Shown here in pieces: positions 1 to 14,164 of a DNA stretch of 64,000 nucleotides. A program made the position numbers and the translations under genes. The stretch's first letter is position 1, and every line of letters begins with the position of its first letter. A model generated the notes under the pieces. The model made no database searches. It was not told where the DNA came from and was given only the letters and a program-made list of their open reading frames with translations. Source of the stretch: Neoechinorhynchus agilis (lineage: Eukaryota; Animalia; Acanthocephala); the NCBI GenBank assembly GCA_051530055.1, contig CM121341.1, positions 1,612,001 to 1,676,000 on the forward strand. The letters run 5' to 3'.

Positions 1-239
1 ATTTTTGCATTTCTAAAAAATTAATGCCTATTTTGTTGGCGTCGTTGAAAGTTTTAAACATACGCAGGCAAAATTTTGTTCATTTCTTTTGTGATACATT
101 TATCGAAATTGATCAACAAATCATTGTAGTTTACAACACTATTTTCTCAAAAAATCAGTGAATTGAGCTGCTAGTGAAAATTAAGCCTTTGAATTTTGTT
201 ATTTTAGATACACTAGAGTAATATTGGATAATTTTTCAA

Positions 240-3200
240 ATGGCTAATAACGAAGCGGATAAGCTTGATTGGGAATCGTTACCTTATCATCAAAAGATTC
301 AGCACAAATCGTGGCAAGCACGAGTATCTGGCTACGAAGAACTTACCAAAATTCTGTCATCAAAGTCCCAATTAACGGCTGAAGCTCTTAGTCGCTACTC
401 ATCCACTTGTCAATCCTTTCCATTGGAAACGATTGAAGTAGTGAAATCTAAGGCTCTTGAGGCTCTTTTGGTCTTGCTTGATATTCATTTTTCTAGCGTC
501 AAAAGAGCTGTTGGGGACATAGCCACAGGGGTTGTCAATAAATGCTTAGCGGGAAAGACGAAGACCCGAGAATTAGCATTCAAAATCCTGTGTACATGCA
601 TTGAAATTGAACAACATGAAGTTACACTTGATGCTCTCTACACTGGAATGGAAAACAAGCAACCAAAAGTTGTGTTGGCCTGTGTGGAGTGTGTCCGGAT
701 TAATCTACATGATTTTGGAATTAAAGTCGTAGCACCAAAGAAACTCATGTCGAAAATCACCAAAGTGCTCGATCATAAAGATGCTTCCGTTCGCAAAGAA
801 GCAAAATTGTGCATGTTGGAGTTGTTTCGATGGGTCCCAGACCACTCTACAGTGATCGCCAGTGTTCAACAGAACATAAAAAGCGTTATTTTAAGTGAGT
901 TAGAAAACGATTGGACTGCTTTGAAAGCGGAAGGGGAATTCGTTGGTGTGCCGACAAAATATTTAAGATCTCAACGGCCACTCGATAATGATGGCTTCGA
1001 CTTAGATGGAGTTACTGCGTCCGTCGACGAAGAAAAGGATGATGAACTAACTGACGAACTTGATTTAACGGAACCTACAGATCTTAAAGTTCCTGCAGAT
1101 TATTTTACTCGAATTATAAGTTCAAAATGGCAAGATCGAAGGGACGCTCTTTCTTCGTTAAAAACACTTCTTCCATCTGAACGAATGGATATTTTTCTTC
1201 TTTCCGACAGTATGGATTATTCTCAGCTGATTAGATCTCTTCATAAAGTGATCACGACTGATACAAACGTTATACTAGTCGTCGCAGCTGCTCAATGTCT
1301 TGAACCTATTGCTTATGGACTTAAAAACGGGCGAATGAATCGATCTTTAATGCTTCAATGTATTGAAGGATGTCTCGAACGTAGTCGAGAAAAGAAAGCG
1401 AATGTAGTGGACGCACTTCGTAAGACGGCGAATGCTGTAATGTCCACAGATCTTCAACAATTCGAAGTTGTGCTCACTGAGGTTCTCAATAATTTAGCAG
1501 ATAATAAAGTGCCTGGGGTAAAACAGTCTGTTCATATTTTAATACGTCAAACTCTTAGTGAATCTCGAGTTAAAGTGAACAAGAAACTGGGAAAAACTGT
1601 AGCTGATGTACTTCTGAAAAACGTTGGGGTTGCCGATAGTGGCGCTAGAGACAGTGCATTTCAAGCCCTTGCCCAACTGATTACCAAAGTTGGAGATGGA
1701 GTTATTGATTCTCAACTAAGCACTCTTGACTCAACGAAAATGGCTAAAGTTGAAGGTTATCTCAATGAGTATAAATCAGTCGCTCCAAAAGTAACGGCTA
1801 AAGTAGTTAAGCCCGCAACGCCAGCTCCCGTAGTAGCTGCTAACACGGTGAAGAAACCTCAACCGCCTAAACCAACAAAAGGAAAACCAGCTAAGAAGAT
1901 AAAAGCAAGCAATACAGCGCCATCGCAAATTCCTTCATCAGTATTGGCAAAAGAATCTCCATTGGAATTAGAGGCGGCTGAGACTATTGCAGAAGGGATT
2001 GTCGGTACGGAATGTTTTTCCAAATTGTCTGAGACAGACTGGAAAGTACGTTTGGAGGCTGTCAGTAGCTTTATTGAGAAAGTAAAAGCAGCATATGATC
2101 AAAGGAAAGACAGTGTTGATGTTCAGGCCCTTGTATTAACGATATGTAAGAAGAAACCAGGGATGAAGGAATCGAATTTTCAAATAATGCGTGCACGCAT
2201 GGATTTGATTGGTTTTCTTGCTCATAATTTCCAGTTTGGAAAATGTAGTTTAGACGCTTGTGTCAGTGATTTAATCGATAAGCTTGCTGATGTTAAAAAT
2301 TCTCAGTCTTCACGTGAAACCCTTCTTTTCCTCTGTGAGTCCACGTCTCCTTTTCTACTTCTCAATGAATATGTTATAAAGCAGCTTGTAGGAGCTAAGA
2401 ATCCGAAATTGGTTCAAGCAGGAGCTGATTTTGTTTGTCAAGTGATCGATTCGTTCGGCTGTAAACAATGTACTCATGATGCTGGATCTGCTGCTACATT
2501 TCTTCGTCTTATCGGCCAATTGGTGAAAGGATGTGCTTGTAATACGACCAGTCAAGTCCGCGGGTGTGGTGTTCTATTATCCAAATGTTTGAGTCGGCAT
2601 TTCGGCAGTCAGCAGGTGAAAAGTCTTTTAAGTGGATTAGATATTCCCACAAATGGAATGCAATTGATTGAAAGTGAACTTGATAAATCTAAAGAAGAAG
2701 AAGTGGACAAACCCACCAGAAAAGTCAGATCATTCAGTTTGGTAAGTAATGCAGTGGAGAAGGTCTTTGAGGATGCAGATGGTCGAGAAGAAGACGGGGA
2801 TGAAGTAGACGATGATTTGGTGCCTGTTCTCAATATCACTAATCACGACCTCATTGACAATAATCTCCTTTCGCAATTGTGCGATTCGGCTTCCTCGTGG
2901 AAAGTACGCAATGAAGCCGCACAAAAACTCATAGATATTTTTCAAACTCAACAAGGAATTCGACGTAAACTAATATTTGAACCGCCTAGTCTTTTCAACG
3001 ATTTGTTGAATGCTCTTAAATCCCGAATAAATGGGCAAGAACCCAATAAAGTTATCATTAGTTCATGTCTTCAAATAACAACAAATCTGATCAAACTTCT
3101 GATCGGCGGTGAACGTCGATTGAACTCAAATGATCTTCAATCAATCGGTCTTCTGTCATCTACACTTTTACAAGGAATTTGCAATCAACTAGGGGACTCA

Positions 3201-6200
3201 AAACCGACGATGAGGCAAGTTGCCGTTTCGACATTGTCATCTTTGGTAGGAGAAAAGAAATCGAGTGATCAAGTTTGGACTTTGGTTGACCCGTCGGTAT
3301 TGATGAAAATTCTACAGGGAAAAAGTGGAGTTCAAAAATGTGAAATGTGTGATTTTTTAGCTCACAATGCTAACCAATGGGTTCTTCAACTACGTCCCAA
3401 GTTCAAAACTGCTCAATCTCAAGAATGGACATTCCTAATGAAGCACGTAATTCAGTGTTTGGATGACAAGAATCAAGAAGTGCGACAAAAGGCTTTTGAA
3501 TGTGTTCGATCAGTTATACAGGCTATTGGATATGAGACTTTTTCCCGAGACTTTAACGAATCTTTGAGTTCTAGTACGTTGATCGATAAACTAAAGGCTC
3601 AATGTGGAATGATGGAAGGTGAAATTGAGAGCGTTCGACCCAAAGAAACCAAGAAGGCGAAAGTCGTGGTGGATAGGACGAAGGTTCTGAAGGAAAAACG
3701 CGTTTCGACTGCTTCAACCCCGCCTCCTCCGCCTCCACAACCGTCTACTCCCTCACCTCAGTCGACACCAATTGCACCGATAATTCCAACCGATCGAGAG
3801 AAAAGGTCAAAGTCAATGAAATGGCCATTCACATGTCCACAAGCATCACCGTCGGATCTACAGATACGTAAAGAAATGTACGAGGAACTTCGGCGTCAGA
3901 CAGAACCTGCCTTTTCTCAAAATCTCCATTCTCAATTGTTCAGTCAAGACTTTAAACAACATATTTGCGCCATGGGCGTGATGGAAAGTGCACTCACAGA
4001 ATTAGAACCTACATTGAGCAACATTGATCTTATCTTCAAGAGATTGAGCTTGTTTCTTAGCGATCAAATGACTCCTGCTTCGGTCGTCGTTCGGTGTTTG
4101 GAATATATTTTATGTTTAATCGAATTTCTTCATCGAGATGCACATAGACTTAGCCAAATGGACGCAAAACTTTTATTGCCGTTTGTTTGTTTGAGACTCG
4201 GAGATAGCAAGGAAAGTGTTAGACGACAAGTTAAACTCGTCTTATTGGAACTTCGACTCGTCGTGCCTCTTCCTTTTATCATCGAATATCTTCTCGAAGG
4301 ATGCCGATCCAAGTCTGGAAGTAAAAAGAAAATTGATTGCCTCGAACAACTCTATTCCTATGTACAAGACCGTGGACCGATTATGTTTAGTGAAAATAAT
4401 AGTGCGCTCGATGGGTCACCGTCTTCAAGTCTCGAAGAAGCGGTAAAAGTGATTGCACGATGTGTCGGAGATCGAGATCCAAATGTAAGATCAGCTGCAA
4501 TAGATCTTCTTGGAATTATTAGCGAGAAATCGAATCCTCAAGCAGCTTTCAAGTCTATGATAGCCGGAACTGGACTAAGTGATCGCGAAAAGCTAATGGT
4601 TGCTGATCGAGCGAAACGGCTAATGTCTTCTTCTTGTGCAAACGACAGTTACCGATCCAATGAACGAAACAGCACTAGAGTCAGTTTAGAAAGCGAACCA
4701 ACTACTTCTAGGCGTTCGATCGTTCTTCTTGAACATACCTTTTTAAAGGAAGTAAGGCGGACCAGAACTCCTGAACCGCCCAAGTCCAGTGTTAGCACCA
4801 ACTCTTTTACATGTATTGCTAATTCGCAAGATTGCGACGAAGCCATCAATGCAGTTGTGATGGGTATTGCTCATCGAGATTATGCAATGTCGCATGACGC
4901 TTCTGTTCAATTGAGATTGTTTGCTGAGGATTGTGAACTTAGAATGCTTTTAAGTCCTCATATGGAAAATCTAGTACAAACTTGTGTGGCTAAACTCAGG
5001 ATCACTATTGAAGCGAACCGATTGTACCATCGAGTCTTATTGTTTAGCCTAAATGGCTCAAATCTATGAAATTTCAAATACGAGATCTATAGACTACCAA
5101 AACGAATTAGTTGATGCATTTGAGGATGAGATAACCATTTTGCAGTGCCTTTACACTCACATCGATTGCTTAAAACTGCATAATTCCAAACGCCGGTTTT
5201 TAATTTTTTTTCACCGACTCATAAGCAATTTCTTTTATTCCGAATTCCCTAAATCCAGTTTTTATTTACTTGGATGGTACTTTATCATAAATTTAAAAAT
5301 CTCCAATATTCCAATAAGACGCTTTGGTAAAGACGAGTGTCTAAAAACTTCACGAACAAATGAACCTACCCAAATTCAGAATCTTATCGAAAGCATGGTT
5401 CGCCTTCTGTCAACATGTTATTCCATAGCGCCATTGGCTCAAAAGATCAGTCGTGAAGGAGTAAAGGAGAGTATAAAATGCATTCTTAGTGTTTTTGATG
5501 AACCTATGGTGTACGATTCTGAAGATCCTCGTCTTTGCCGCTGCCTTAACATTTGTACTCTTAACATAATCATGAACGCCACTCCAACATCCGTATACTG
5601 CTCGCTTCTTCGTCTTCTTAATGAATGCTGCATTTTGAATCAACAACAACATTCAAGTGGACGTCCATCTTTGATTGAACTCGTCATGAAGTGTCTTTGG
5701 AGACTACATCGATCCGCCCCTGAACCGAGTCCTCTTGCAAGTGTAGACATAAGACAGGTCCTGTCAGAAGTAGAGATCTTCGTCGAAAAATGCAAAGATT
5801 TTAGCGAACTCGCGACTTTGACCGTTAAAAGTATCATTGGTGATCTAGTGAAAATCCACGGTCGTGAAGTAACACTGGAAAATACGGCAAGCGCTAATGT
5901 TCGTCGATTAATTGAATCAATTTCAATGAAGAAAAGAAACTCACTGGTCGGCCGAAATTTGTCGTCGAGTTATACTAAAGAAACAAATCACGAAGAACTA
6001 GCTCGAATCTGTAATGGAGTCACCGATTTAATTAACACGGACAATGAAGAAGCTTTGAACAAGTCGCTTCACAGTCTTTACTCTTTCGCACTTGATAATC
6101 CAACAAGGGAAGTAGTTGCCAGTGTACAGCAATTGAACACTAATCTTCAAGATAGGATCGCTTGTGAGTCTTTTCATCGTCATAATGATGCATCTGATAA

Positions 6201-6675
6201 TGCTCTTATCGATTTCGACGATCTCAATAGTTCAAGCAAAGCGCTTGATTTCTTTGAAAAACGTATTAGATTGGCTGAGTCGACTTTAGGCGTCTATGAG
6301 AAGAGTTATGACGGTGAATCTCTTGAGACTTTTGAGAAAAATCTGGAAACGATTAAGAATAGACTGTCTTCTGGCACGTGCATTGACACGGCTCACCTTC
6401 TTTGTCCACTTGAAGATGATTGCACTCATCCGTCATTACGTGCAACTCAAACTTGTCCATTTTCTCCCGTTAAATCGCCCACAAAACATGAACCCGATGC
6501 AAGTATCAATCTGATTGATTTTAAAACCCCCAAGCCCCAAGAAAAGTATGAAGCTGATGAATACGCATTTTCAACTCCATTAATCAACCACCAAGATTCC
6601 TTTGATATTTCCTATGAAATGGATCTTCTAAGATCAAGACTTGCAAAAATCAAACTGTCCGCAACAAAGAAGTAA
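240..6675 (+). CDS. CKAP5: XMAP215/ch-TOG/Msps family microtubule polymerase, encoded across two ORFs (240-5069, 5053-6675) probably joined by one intron (candidate GT 5024..AG 5318)
   Basis: TOG-domain starts recognisable (HKSWQARVSGYEE, SSKWQDRRDAL, ETDWKVRLEAV, SSWKVRNEAA, LFSQDFKQH) with HEAT repeats and basic linkers. The C-terminal ch-TOG motif ELVMKCLWR lies in the second ORF. Intron 5024..5318 joins the frames in phase 2. AATAAA near 6751. Confidence 0.92.
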
Positions 6676-7683
6676 AGTGTCTATTGTGAACATTCACTGC
6701 GTGTATTATAGAAAAGATAGTAGTAAGCGTAAAGGGTTACACGGGGAAACAAATAAAAGTGCTCATTCGTCAGAGATTTGTATGATTGCTTTTGGACACC
6801 TTGCACAAAATCATTAGATCTTAATTGGTTTTATAAAGATATATAAACACTTTAATAAAATTACATGGCAGTACCGACAAAACGACGACCAATAAGGATG
6901 CAACTGTGATATGGCATTACATGCTTGTAAGAAATTGAGATTTATTATTTGATCCCAAGTTCACTATCGAACTGCGTTTTCTTAGTAATGTTTGCAGAAT
7001 GACATTATTCCTCGAGACTAACTAAACAAATGATATACTTACCATTTTATTTAACTTTTGTTTTTCTTTTCATTTCAACGCATTAAACACTTCAAGGTCT
7101 TTGAAATCGATCGCTCTTGATCGCAATCCAAAACGTTACCTTTAAGTAGTCGGTCGTTTTTGTAGCTGTCAATATCGTGGTGCCGTTCACTTGAATTTCA
7201 CTTATGAAAAAACCGGCACGATAATATTCAACCAAACATAAGTGAAGGGGCTCAGTGGCCGTGTTTTATTTATTTGGGTAAGGCGCTTACAAGACTCGAA
7301 CAACCATGTTATACTATCATCGTACTTGAGAGATGAGTTAATAGTCCATGCCCTTCAATTATTGCCTTATTTTCCTTTTGCATCGCATCCTGATCTCTTC
7401 CTATGACTGATCTCCGAGCCTAAGAGACCGGAGTACGATAATAAAAAATTTAAATAACAAAAGGAATATCTCCTGCGAGATTCTCCAGCGTATTCTGCAG
7501 CCTGTAAAGGTACAGGACTTCCCTTCCTTGCACCTGGCTAAATAGTTTGTAGCTAAATAACAAAACTATCCTAGAGAAGTTCATTTTTCATGGATATTAT
7601 AGAAAGAACAAACAAAAAGAAATAACGAACGGCTCTTAAAAATTTTTTCCTGCAATTGAGGCTATTTAGTTGATTTCACATCT

Positions 7684-10090
7684 TTAGTTAATCCTTATAA
7701 TTTTCCCATCTTTTGACGCCAACGATTGTAACATATTTGCAATTCGATCAAGTAGGATAACGCACCTGATTGCTAGGTTTTTAGTTGAATAAAGATTGGC
7801 AAAACAATCATTTAAGTTAATTATAAACTTCGCCGCATTATACTTTGAGTTGAAAAACCAGGCTTCAGTACAAAAATTCTCGCAAAAAAAAGAAATTAGG
7901 TTCGATTTTATTCCGCTCATATTTTCAAGCATCTTAGAAAACTTCTTGATAAAAATTTAAAGAACTCCAATCTCTGATTAGGTGGTCACCCTCTAGCGAA
8001 AAAACATAAAACTCCTGCGAAATAGGTTTTTAACGGACTGACCAGGCTTTTATCAGCTACCCCAATACGGGGAGCTCGCCGAATCAAAGAATTTAGTTTA
8101 TAAAAATGACTACTCAAGAAAGTATTAAAGCACGTTCGGCGACGAGTAGAAGGAAAATTTATCCCCAATACTCTTGTACAATATGCGATCCCAACTGACG
8201 ATAAACTAACATCAGCTTTAATTGCAACCTTTCCTGGAGCCAGCTGAATCATTGAGGGGGATTATAAAGGCTTATTTTTATTTATGTTTAAATTGGCTGT
8301 ACTAAGAATTGTTGATAATTTACTTATGATGTTTAATAAAATATCTCTCTTTTTATGATGACAAAAAATACATCGTCGCATATAACAGAGGATGCACGAA
8401 TTTTTGCTTAGGTAACAATTTAAATAAGAATACAAAAGTTAAAACAAACAGCGTGGGAGATAAAGGTGACCCTTGAGGAACACTCACTCTAGAGAAGAAC
8501 TTTGTTCGACCAAGATCAAGGACGAAAAAATAGGACTTTGACTCTAACAAGGCTTTAATTTTATCTTGAATATTTTTCGGTACTTTAAAATACCTTAGCG
8601 CCTCATAGATCACCTTACGATCTATGAATCGAAAGCCTTATTGAGATCCAGTTGCAACAAAACTTTGTTCGTAAACCCATATTTATTATTCATTTCATAT
8701 AGATCTGACAGGAGAGAGTGTACCCCTCTGCCTGCGATAAAACCGTGAAAGTAATTAAGAAAGCATTTTTTCTTGTTCGGAATTTCCGAGAGATTTCTAC
8801 TAACAACCTTCTCTAAAAAAGATATTAAGGGGTTTTGAATCGATATCATTCTGATATCCTAGGGGAACTGATCACTTTCTTCTTATTTTTTGGAAGAGTA
8901 ATTTTTTTAACAATATTAATATTTAACAGATCATGGAAATCAATTCGTCTCCGAAATTTAGTTAAAAACAATTCTTGATTCTCCTTGTCAACCGCGTTGA
9001 AGGTTTTGGGCGAACATGCGTGTGAATTATGGGCTTTGGAAGCAGCATATCTCCAATAAACCGAGCAATCGTTATTGGAAAGTCCCCAGTTCCATTTCTC
9101 ACAATCACAAAGCTCACCAGATGGCGAAAAAGATATCTTAAAAATGTGATTAGATAAAATATGTTCTACTACCACAGGATAAGAGACTTCACCTATCCAT
9201 TTCGCCGCCTTAAGCATCCAATCAACAAATTTCCTTTGAAGGACTAGGTCCCAGGATTGTTTCGACAAACCTACGACTCCTTCTAATCTCTTTTTGTCCT
9301 CACCAACCTGATCTCAATAGAGCTGCCTATAAAATTCTCCCCGTAGACTTTTAGCATATTCCATATCTTGATGAAGCTCCGCAATGACAACCTGCCTCAT
9401 CAACCTATTTGCTTCTTTGGACCTTATATGCTTTCTCACCAGCACCTTCTTTTTCAAACACGTTGAAGCCGCCTCAGATAAAATCGTATTAAAATCATTC
9501 AGGGAGACAACATTAGCGTTCCACAAACTAGATTTTATGGATTGATTGAAATTACTCACCGTTTTAGGACGGAGGAGAACACAATGAAATAATACCCCAT
9601 AACCGGCTGCACTTGAGTTTGTTTAACGGCCTTAAAAAATTATAGGAATGTCCTTTTTTACTACCAGCGCATCTAGATATGAATGCGACCTTCGTGTGTA
9701 ATGGTGAAAAGAGGGTTCCTCTGTTAAAAATATATTGTAGTCCTCAAAATGCGAGCGGAAACTGCTTAGTCCGTTAAAATCTCCGGCAACCATATATGGA
9801 GCCCAAAAGAGAAACCAAGACATCGTTTTCTTAAACAAAAGTCCTACTTTCCAAGGGGAAATGTATAGATTGCATATAATAAGATCTGAACCGTTTTCTA
9901 AAAATAGATTTTTAATCTTAATGAACTGAATTGCGTACTCCGCTAACTTTATTTGAAATAACATTTGGGACTTCCCGAAAAGCCTATATTGTTACTGTTT
10001 TGATTGAAAAGTGGCTGTTTGCGCCGCAATTCATTATAGGTTTATCAACCGTCTCCTGAAAAAAGATACATTTCAAGTCAAAATTCAGTA
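7684..10090 (-). mobile_element. Decayed APE-type non-LTR retrotransposon (LINE), with many stops and frameshifts
   Basis: Minus-strand fragments: APE motifs (QET near 10060, NLYISP, VAGDFN, SYLDAL in 9632-9964) and RT motifs (LQLDLNKAFDS in 8622-8849; VPQGSPLSPTLF and degenerate LYADD in 8353-8613). Boundaries approximate. Confidence 0.85.
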
Positions 10091-10139
10091 ATTGTTCAAG
10101 AGTTACTCTCGTTAGTTGGTAGCGGCCGTGTGGTGTGCG

Positions 10140-13100
10140 CGTTCATAATGCGCTCGATACGTCGAAGTTTCAACGCCACCAGTCGCTGGGTTCCACGGGA
10201 ATGCGAGGCTGCTGGAAGGGTGGGGGTCAGGTTTGAGAACACACATCGGTCCCAAAGGGGGGGTTGGCCCTGTTCCTTCGAGTGCGGCTAAGCGCCTCCG
10301 TTGTGCGCAAGTCAGCCGAAAGGCTCCAAAGGAATATAGCCGAAAGGCTCAAACGAAGATGTCGCAAGACCCATCAATTCAATCTATAGAACATAACCAT
10401 GCGTATGTCTGACTGTAAGGATAAATAAAATAAATAAAAATAAAGTGAAAAACCAACGTTTCTAGATGTTCAAATCGCCTACAATCGACGCTGCTGACGC
10501 AGACCCTCAGATCACCACTGATTCTATTTCGATACCTGATATCGTGCGGTTTCTGCTCAGGAACGTCCTGAAACGGATCCCTAAAGGCGCGCGATATCTG
10601 GTCGCCAAAGCATTTACGGGATTGCTCAACGATTGCCTTCAAAAGAACTGTAAGCCATCATGGACGCGGCTCTTCGCTTTCCCGCGCTTAGTCCTCTGCA
10701 CCAGCGGTGATTCTGGGGTGTCTTTGACATCAACAATCAAGGAAAGGTTAGCCTCCTTTGAACAAATATTTAACAATTTTGAAAGGAATCTCCGCGATGT
10801 TCGTAAGGGACGCACGATGGAAGAGTTTCGCTGCCGTTTTTCAAAGCGATCATTGACTGAACATGTCTCTTCGAAGCTTGCGGACCGAAATGTTCGGGGG
10901 GGGGCTGTTCGGTTATAGTCATCCTCTGACAGTTTCGCAAAAGGGACAGCGAGAAGCTACAAATACTCCGGTCGAAGCACCCATGTAGTAGCGGAAGTTT
11001 TGAAATTCCATCTCCTCCCATACAAGACAGGACGCCCACTCAAATTTCAGAGTTACAAAAGGCCACCTCATCTTTTGCAAATGGTTCGGGTCACGGGCTT
11101 GACGGACTAAGGCCTCAGCACCTAAAGGACATGATGTCCTTTACAACCGGTGAAGCAGCTCTCGCTAGAAAGTGCGCTTTCTAGAATAGTCGACCGCCTG
11201 ACTGGAGAGGACCTGAACCCCGCTGCAAAGGACCTATTTTTCGGAGCCTCATTGTGTGCACTCACAAAAAAAGAAGGTGGGATCCGTCCCATCGCCGTAT
11301 CTTCGACGATACGCCGATTCGCAGGAAAGATTCTCTGCAAACGTATTACAGAGAAAACCGGCCAGCAACTTCGTCCAGTCCAACTGGGCTGCTGCACATC
11401 CTGCGGGGCGGAAGCTATTGTCCACGCGCTCCTAAACTCTACTACGATGAGTTCAGAGCCGTTCGTGATTCTTAAGTGTGATTTTCGGAACGCCTTTAAC
11501 TCTCTCAATAGAGAAAACGCGTTCTGCGCTATTAGGGATCATGCCCCAGAAGCCTTCTAGTATTTTCTCAATGCCTACGGGACGGCGACTCCCTTGCTTT
11601 TCGAAGACCACCTCATTTGGTCCGAAATAGGAGTGCAGCAAGGAGATCCCCTCGGTCCAATGCGCATTCTCTCCATTCCAGCTTCAACGCTTGGTACTTG
11701 GATGACGCTACGCTCGGAGGTGATCCCTCCGTTGTACTGCGCGATTTGGAGACGCTGATTAGCGAGACCTCGAAGATGGACATTGAGCTCAATGCTGGAA
11801 ATTGTGAGCTCCTTGTATTGAATATTGGAGACGCCGCCAAAGTCAAAGAACTAATGGCTGGATTCGAGGCCGTAGCTCCAGGCCTGAAACTCGTGACTCG
11901 GGAGCAACTCAGCCTCCTGGGCAGTTGAGTCTTCGATTCAAATGTGGAAGATGAGATCGGCCATATCATACCGAAACTTTCGTTGCTGTGCGATAGGGTG
12001 AGTGCTCTCTCGGCTCATGAAGCCTTGTTTCTCATAAAGAACGCGCTCTTCATCCCCAAATTATTGTACAAGGTCCGCACAGCAACATTTTTCAAACATA
12101 AGGAAGGATTGGCTAAGCTCGACGGCAAGGTGAGGGCTTGTCTCGAGCGTATTTTAAATCTCCAGCTCTCAGATGAGGCGTGGCGAAAAGCTTCTTTGCC
12201 TGTGTCATCTGGGGGATTGGGAATTCGGGAACTAGTGGGCCTTGCTTTGCCGGCCTTTCTTGGATCGTTTGAGGGGAGCCTACCAGTATCGAAGAACATT
12301 TTGAAGGAAAAGTTCTGTCTTGACCGGGATTTCGTGGTGGCGGTTGAGGAATGGTGCCAGCCGACAGGCGCTAACCATGTTCCCGTGAATGGCCTCAGAC
12401 AGTCGATCGGGGACGGACCTCTTGTCGCGAGAGCTCACAGCTCTCTACTTTCCGGTTCTCGCGATGGGGTCGTCCGAGCTAGACTGGGGCGTTGGCATCA
12501 GTGGGAACTCTTCTTACTGACGAGGTAACGAGGATCGCAGTATCCTTAAGACTTGGTCTCCCGATATGCACGCCCCATGGCTGTCGATGTGGGTCTTTGG
12601 TTGATGCTTTCGGGCGACAAGGTCTCGTTTGCAGAAGGTCAGCAGGAAGGTTCTCACGTCATTCTGAAATCAATAACGCAATTTCTCGGGCGTTAAGAAC
12701 GGCGAACTTCCCGAACATCCTGGAACCCGCCCACCTTTGTCGACTAGACGGCCGTTGGCCCGATGGAATTTCGGTCTTCCCGTGGCGGGAGGGCAAATGC
12801 CTTCTCTGGGACGCCACGTCCCTCGCAGCCAGCAACATCCGCTACTCCCTCGAAATCGCGGAGGAAAATACGGAAATATATTCAGTTATCGAGGGCTCAC
12901 TATTTTGTCCCCTTTGGGGTAGAGACGTATGGAGTGCTCGGCACGTCGACACTCTCTCTGCTCCAGGATCTCTCGAAGAAATTGAGAGAGGCAACCGGAG
13001 ACTCAAGAGCAGGCGTATTCCTTCGACAAAATATCTCGCTGACAGTACAACGGGGCAATGCTGCCAGCGTGATGGCGACGGTCGAGGAAGGACAAAAACT

Positions 13101-13150
13101 AGAATTTGGCGGGAGGTGGCGAGTGTGCTTCAAACAGTATGTTTGAGTTG
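10140..13150 (+). mobile_element. CRE-clade-like non-LTR retrotransposon with RT and restriction-like endonuclease, fragmented by stops and frameshifts
   Basis: Zinc-finger remnant GLRTH (~10225). RT motifs GGIRPIAV, QLGCC..GAEAIVH, DFRNAFNS, GVQQGDPLGP, WYLDD, LPVSSGGLG. CCHC knuckle (CRCG..CRR..RHSEIN) and RLE motifs (PDG..WREGKCLLWDAT, FVPFGVETYG, QRGNAASV). 5' boundary approximate. Confidence 0.85.
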
Positions 13151-14164
13151 TTAAAAATATAAATCTATATCATTAAATTCTTTATATCTATTTTAAATGC
13201 ATCCACAAAATTACATGGATTTGAACAGATTATTTATCTCTTCAGTTCTTAATATATTGCGCTCAATCAAATATCACTTTTAATCGGAAACATAACTTCT
13301 GAATTCCTATCATGATTTATCTTCAATATTAAGCCGTATTTCGAACTATTTCAAGCGAAACTCATTTTTACAAATAGAATTTTTTCAACCAAAATCCCTT
13401 CGAATTTCTCGGTAAAGCTTTAACGAAAAGCGTGATGCTACTTAAAGAAACGAAAAGCACGAAGGGAACAAACTCTTCATAATACTTTTTTATAACCAAT
13501 TATCAAATAATTGATTTATTTTTATTCGATAATTTTCCGCCTTCGCGTAGGTCTTCTTCAGTCTATCTAAAATGCACCCAAGAAGCGCCATATTTCGTTT
13601 ATTCGTTGGTATCCACAGATTGTCGTCATAATAAACGTGATTGTTACTTTTTTCCATAGAAAATATCGATTAAAGGTTGATAATTTAGGAATTATTGCTT
13701 AGGTCTACTACACCCGGTAAATGATTATTAATTAAAGACGTTATAATTCCAATCACATTCGCCGCTATCTGACATATCGGCATTTCTAATTTTAAGGACA
13801 TTTTTCCTTCAGCTATTACAAACTTTAGAGACAATAAAATAAAGTCTATTAAATCATTAATGCTTAATTTTAATTCTTGGGAACTTTAATTCCTTAACAC
13901 AATCGTACAAATGAATATAAACTTCAGTTAAGGTCGACACCGAATTTAAAGTATACCAACGATACTAAACTATCCATTGTACATTTGTCTTCTAATTCGC
14001 ATATAAAATTCCACATCTTCCATTTTCCGCGTTGTTTACCGTTACAAAAACTTGTTGTTTCATAAAAAGCATTGCAATTCACGGTCTAATCAACGTTCGT
14101 TCGAGAGCTTAACATCACAGCTCAATCTAAAAGCTCATATTTCGATCACCTCTTTATTGAAATA

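Noticed and set aside
2355-6514. Short antisense and alternative-frame ORFs inside CKAP5 (likewise inside NUP205, GLD2 and the retroelements)
   Set aside because: Shadow ORFs of long coding regions, with no motifs.
6850-7310. Three minus-strand donor-like sites (7042, 7139, 7290) and a peptide FEIQVNGTTILTATK reminiscent of Rdx proteins
   Set aside because: No splice combination I tried gave more than ~33 aa or a CxxC/CxxU motif. It cannot be supported without RNA data.
10314-10349. Two AGCC-GAAA-GGCT tetraloop hairpins in the 5' part of the CRE-like element
   Set aside because: They do not fit hammerhead, twister, pistol or HDV cores and may be a short duplication within coding sequence.
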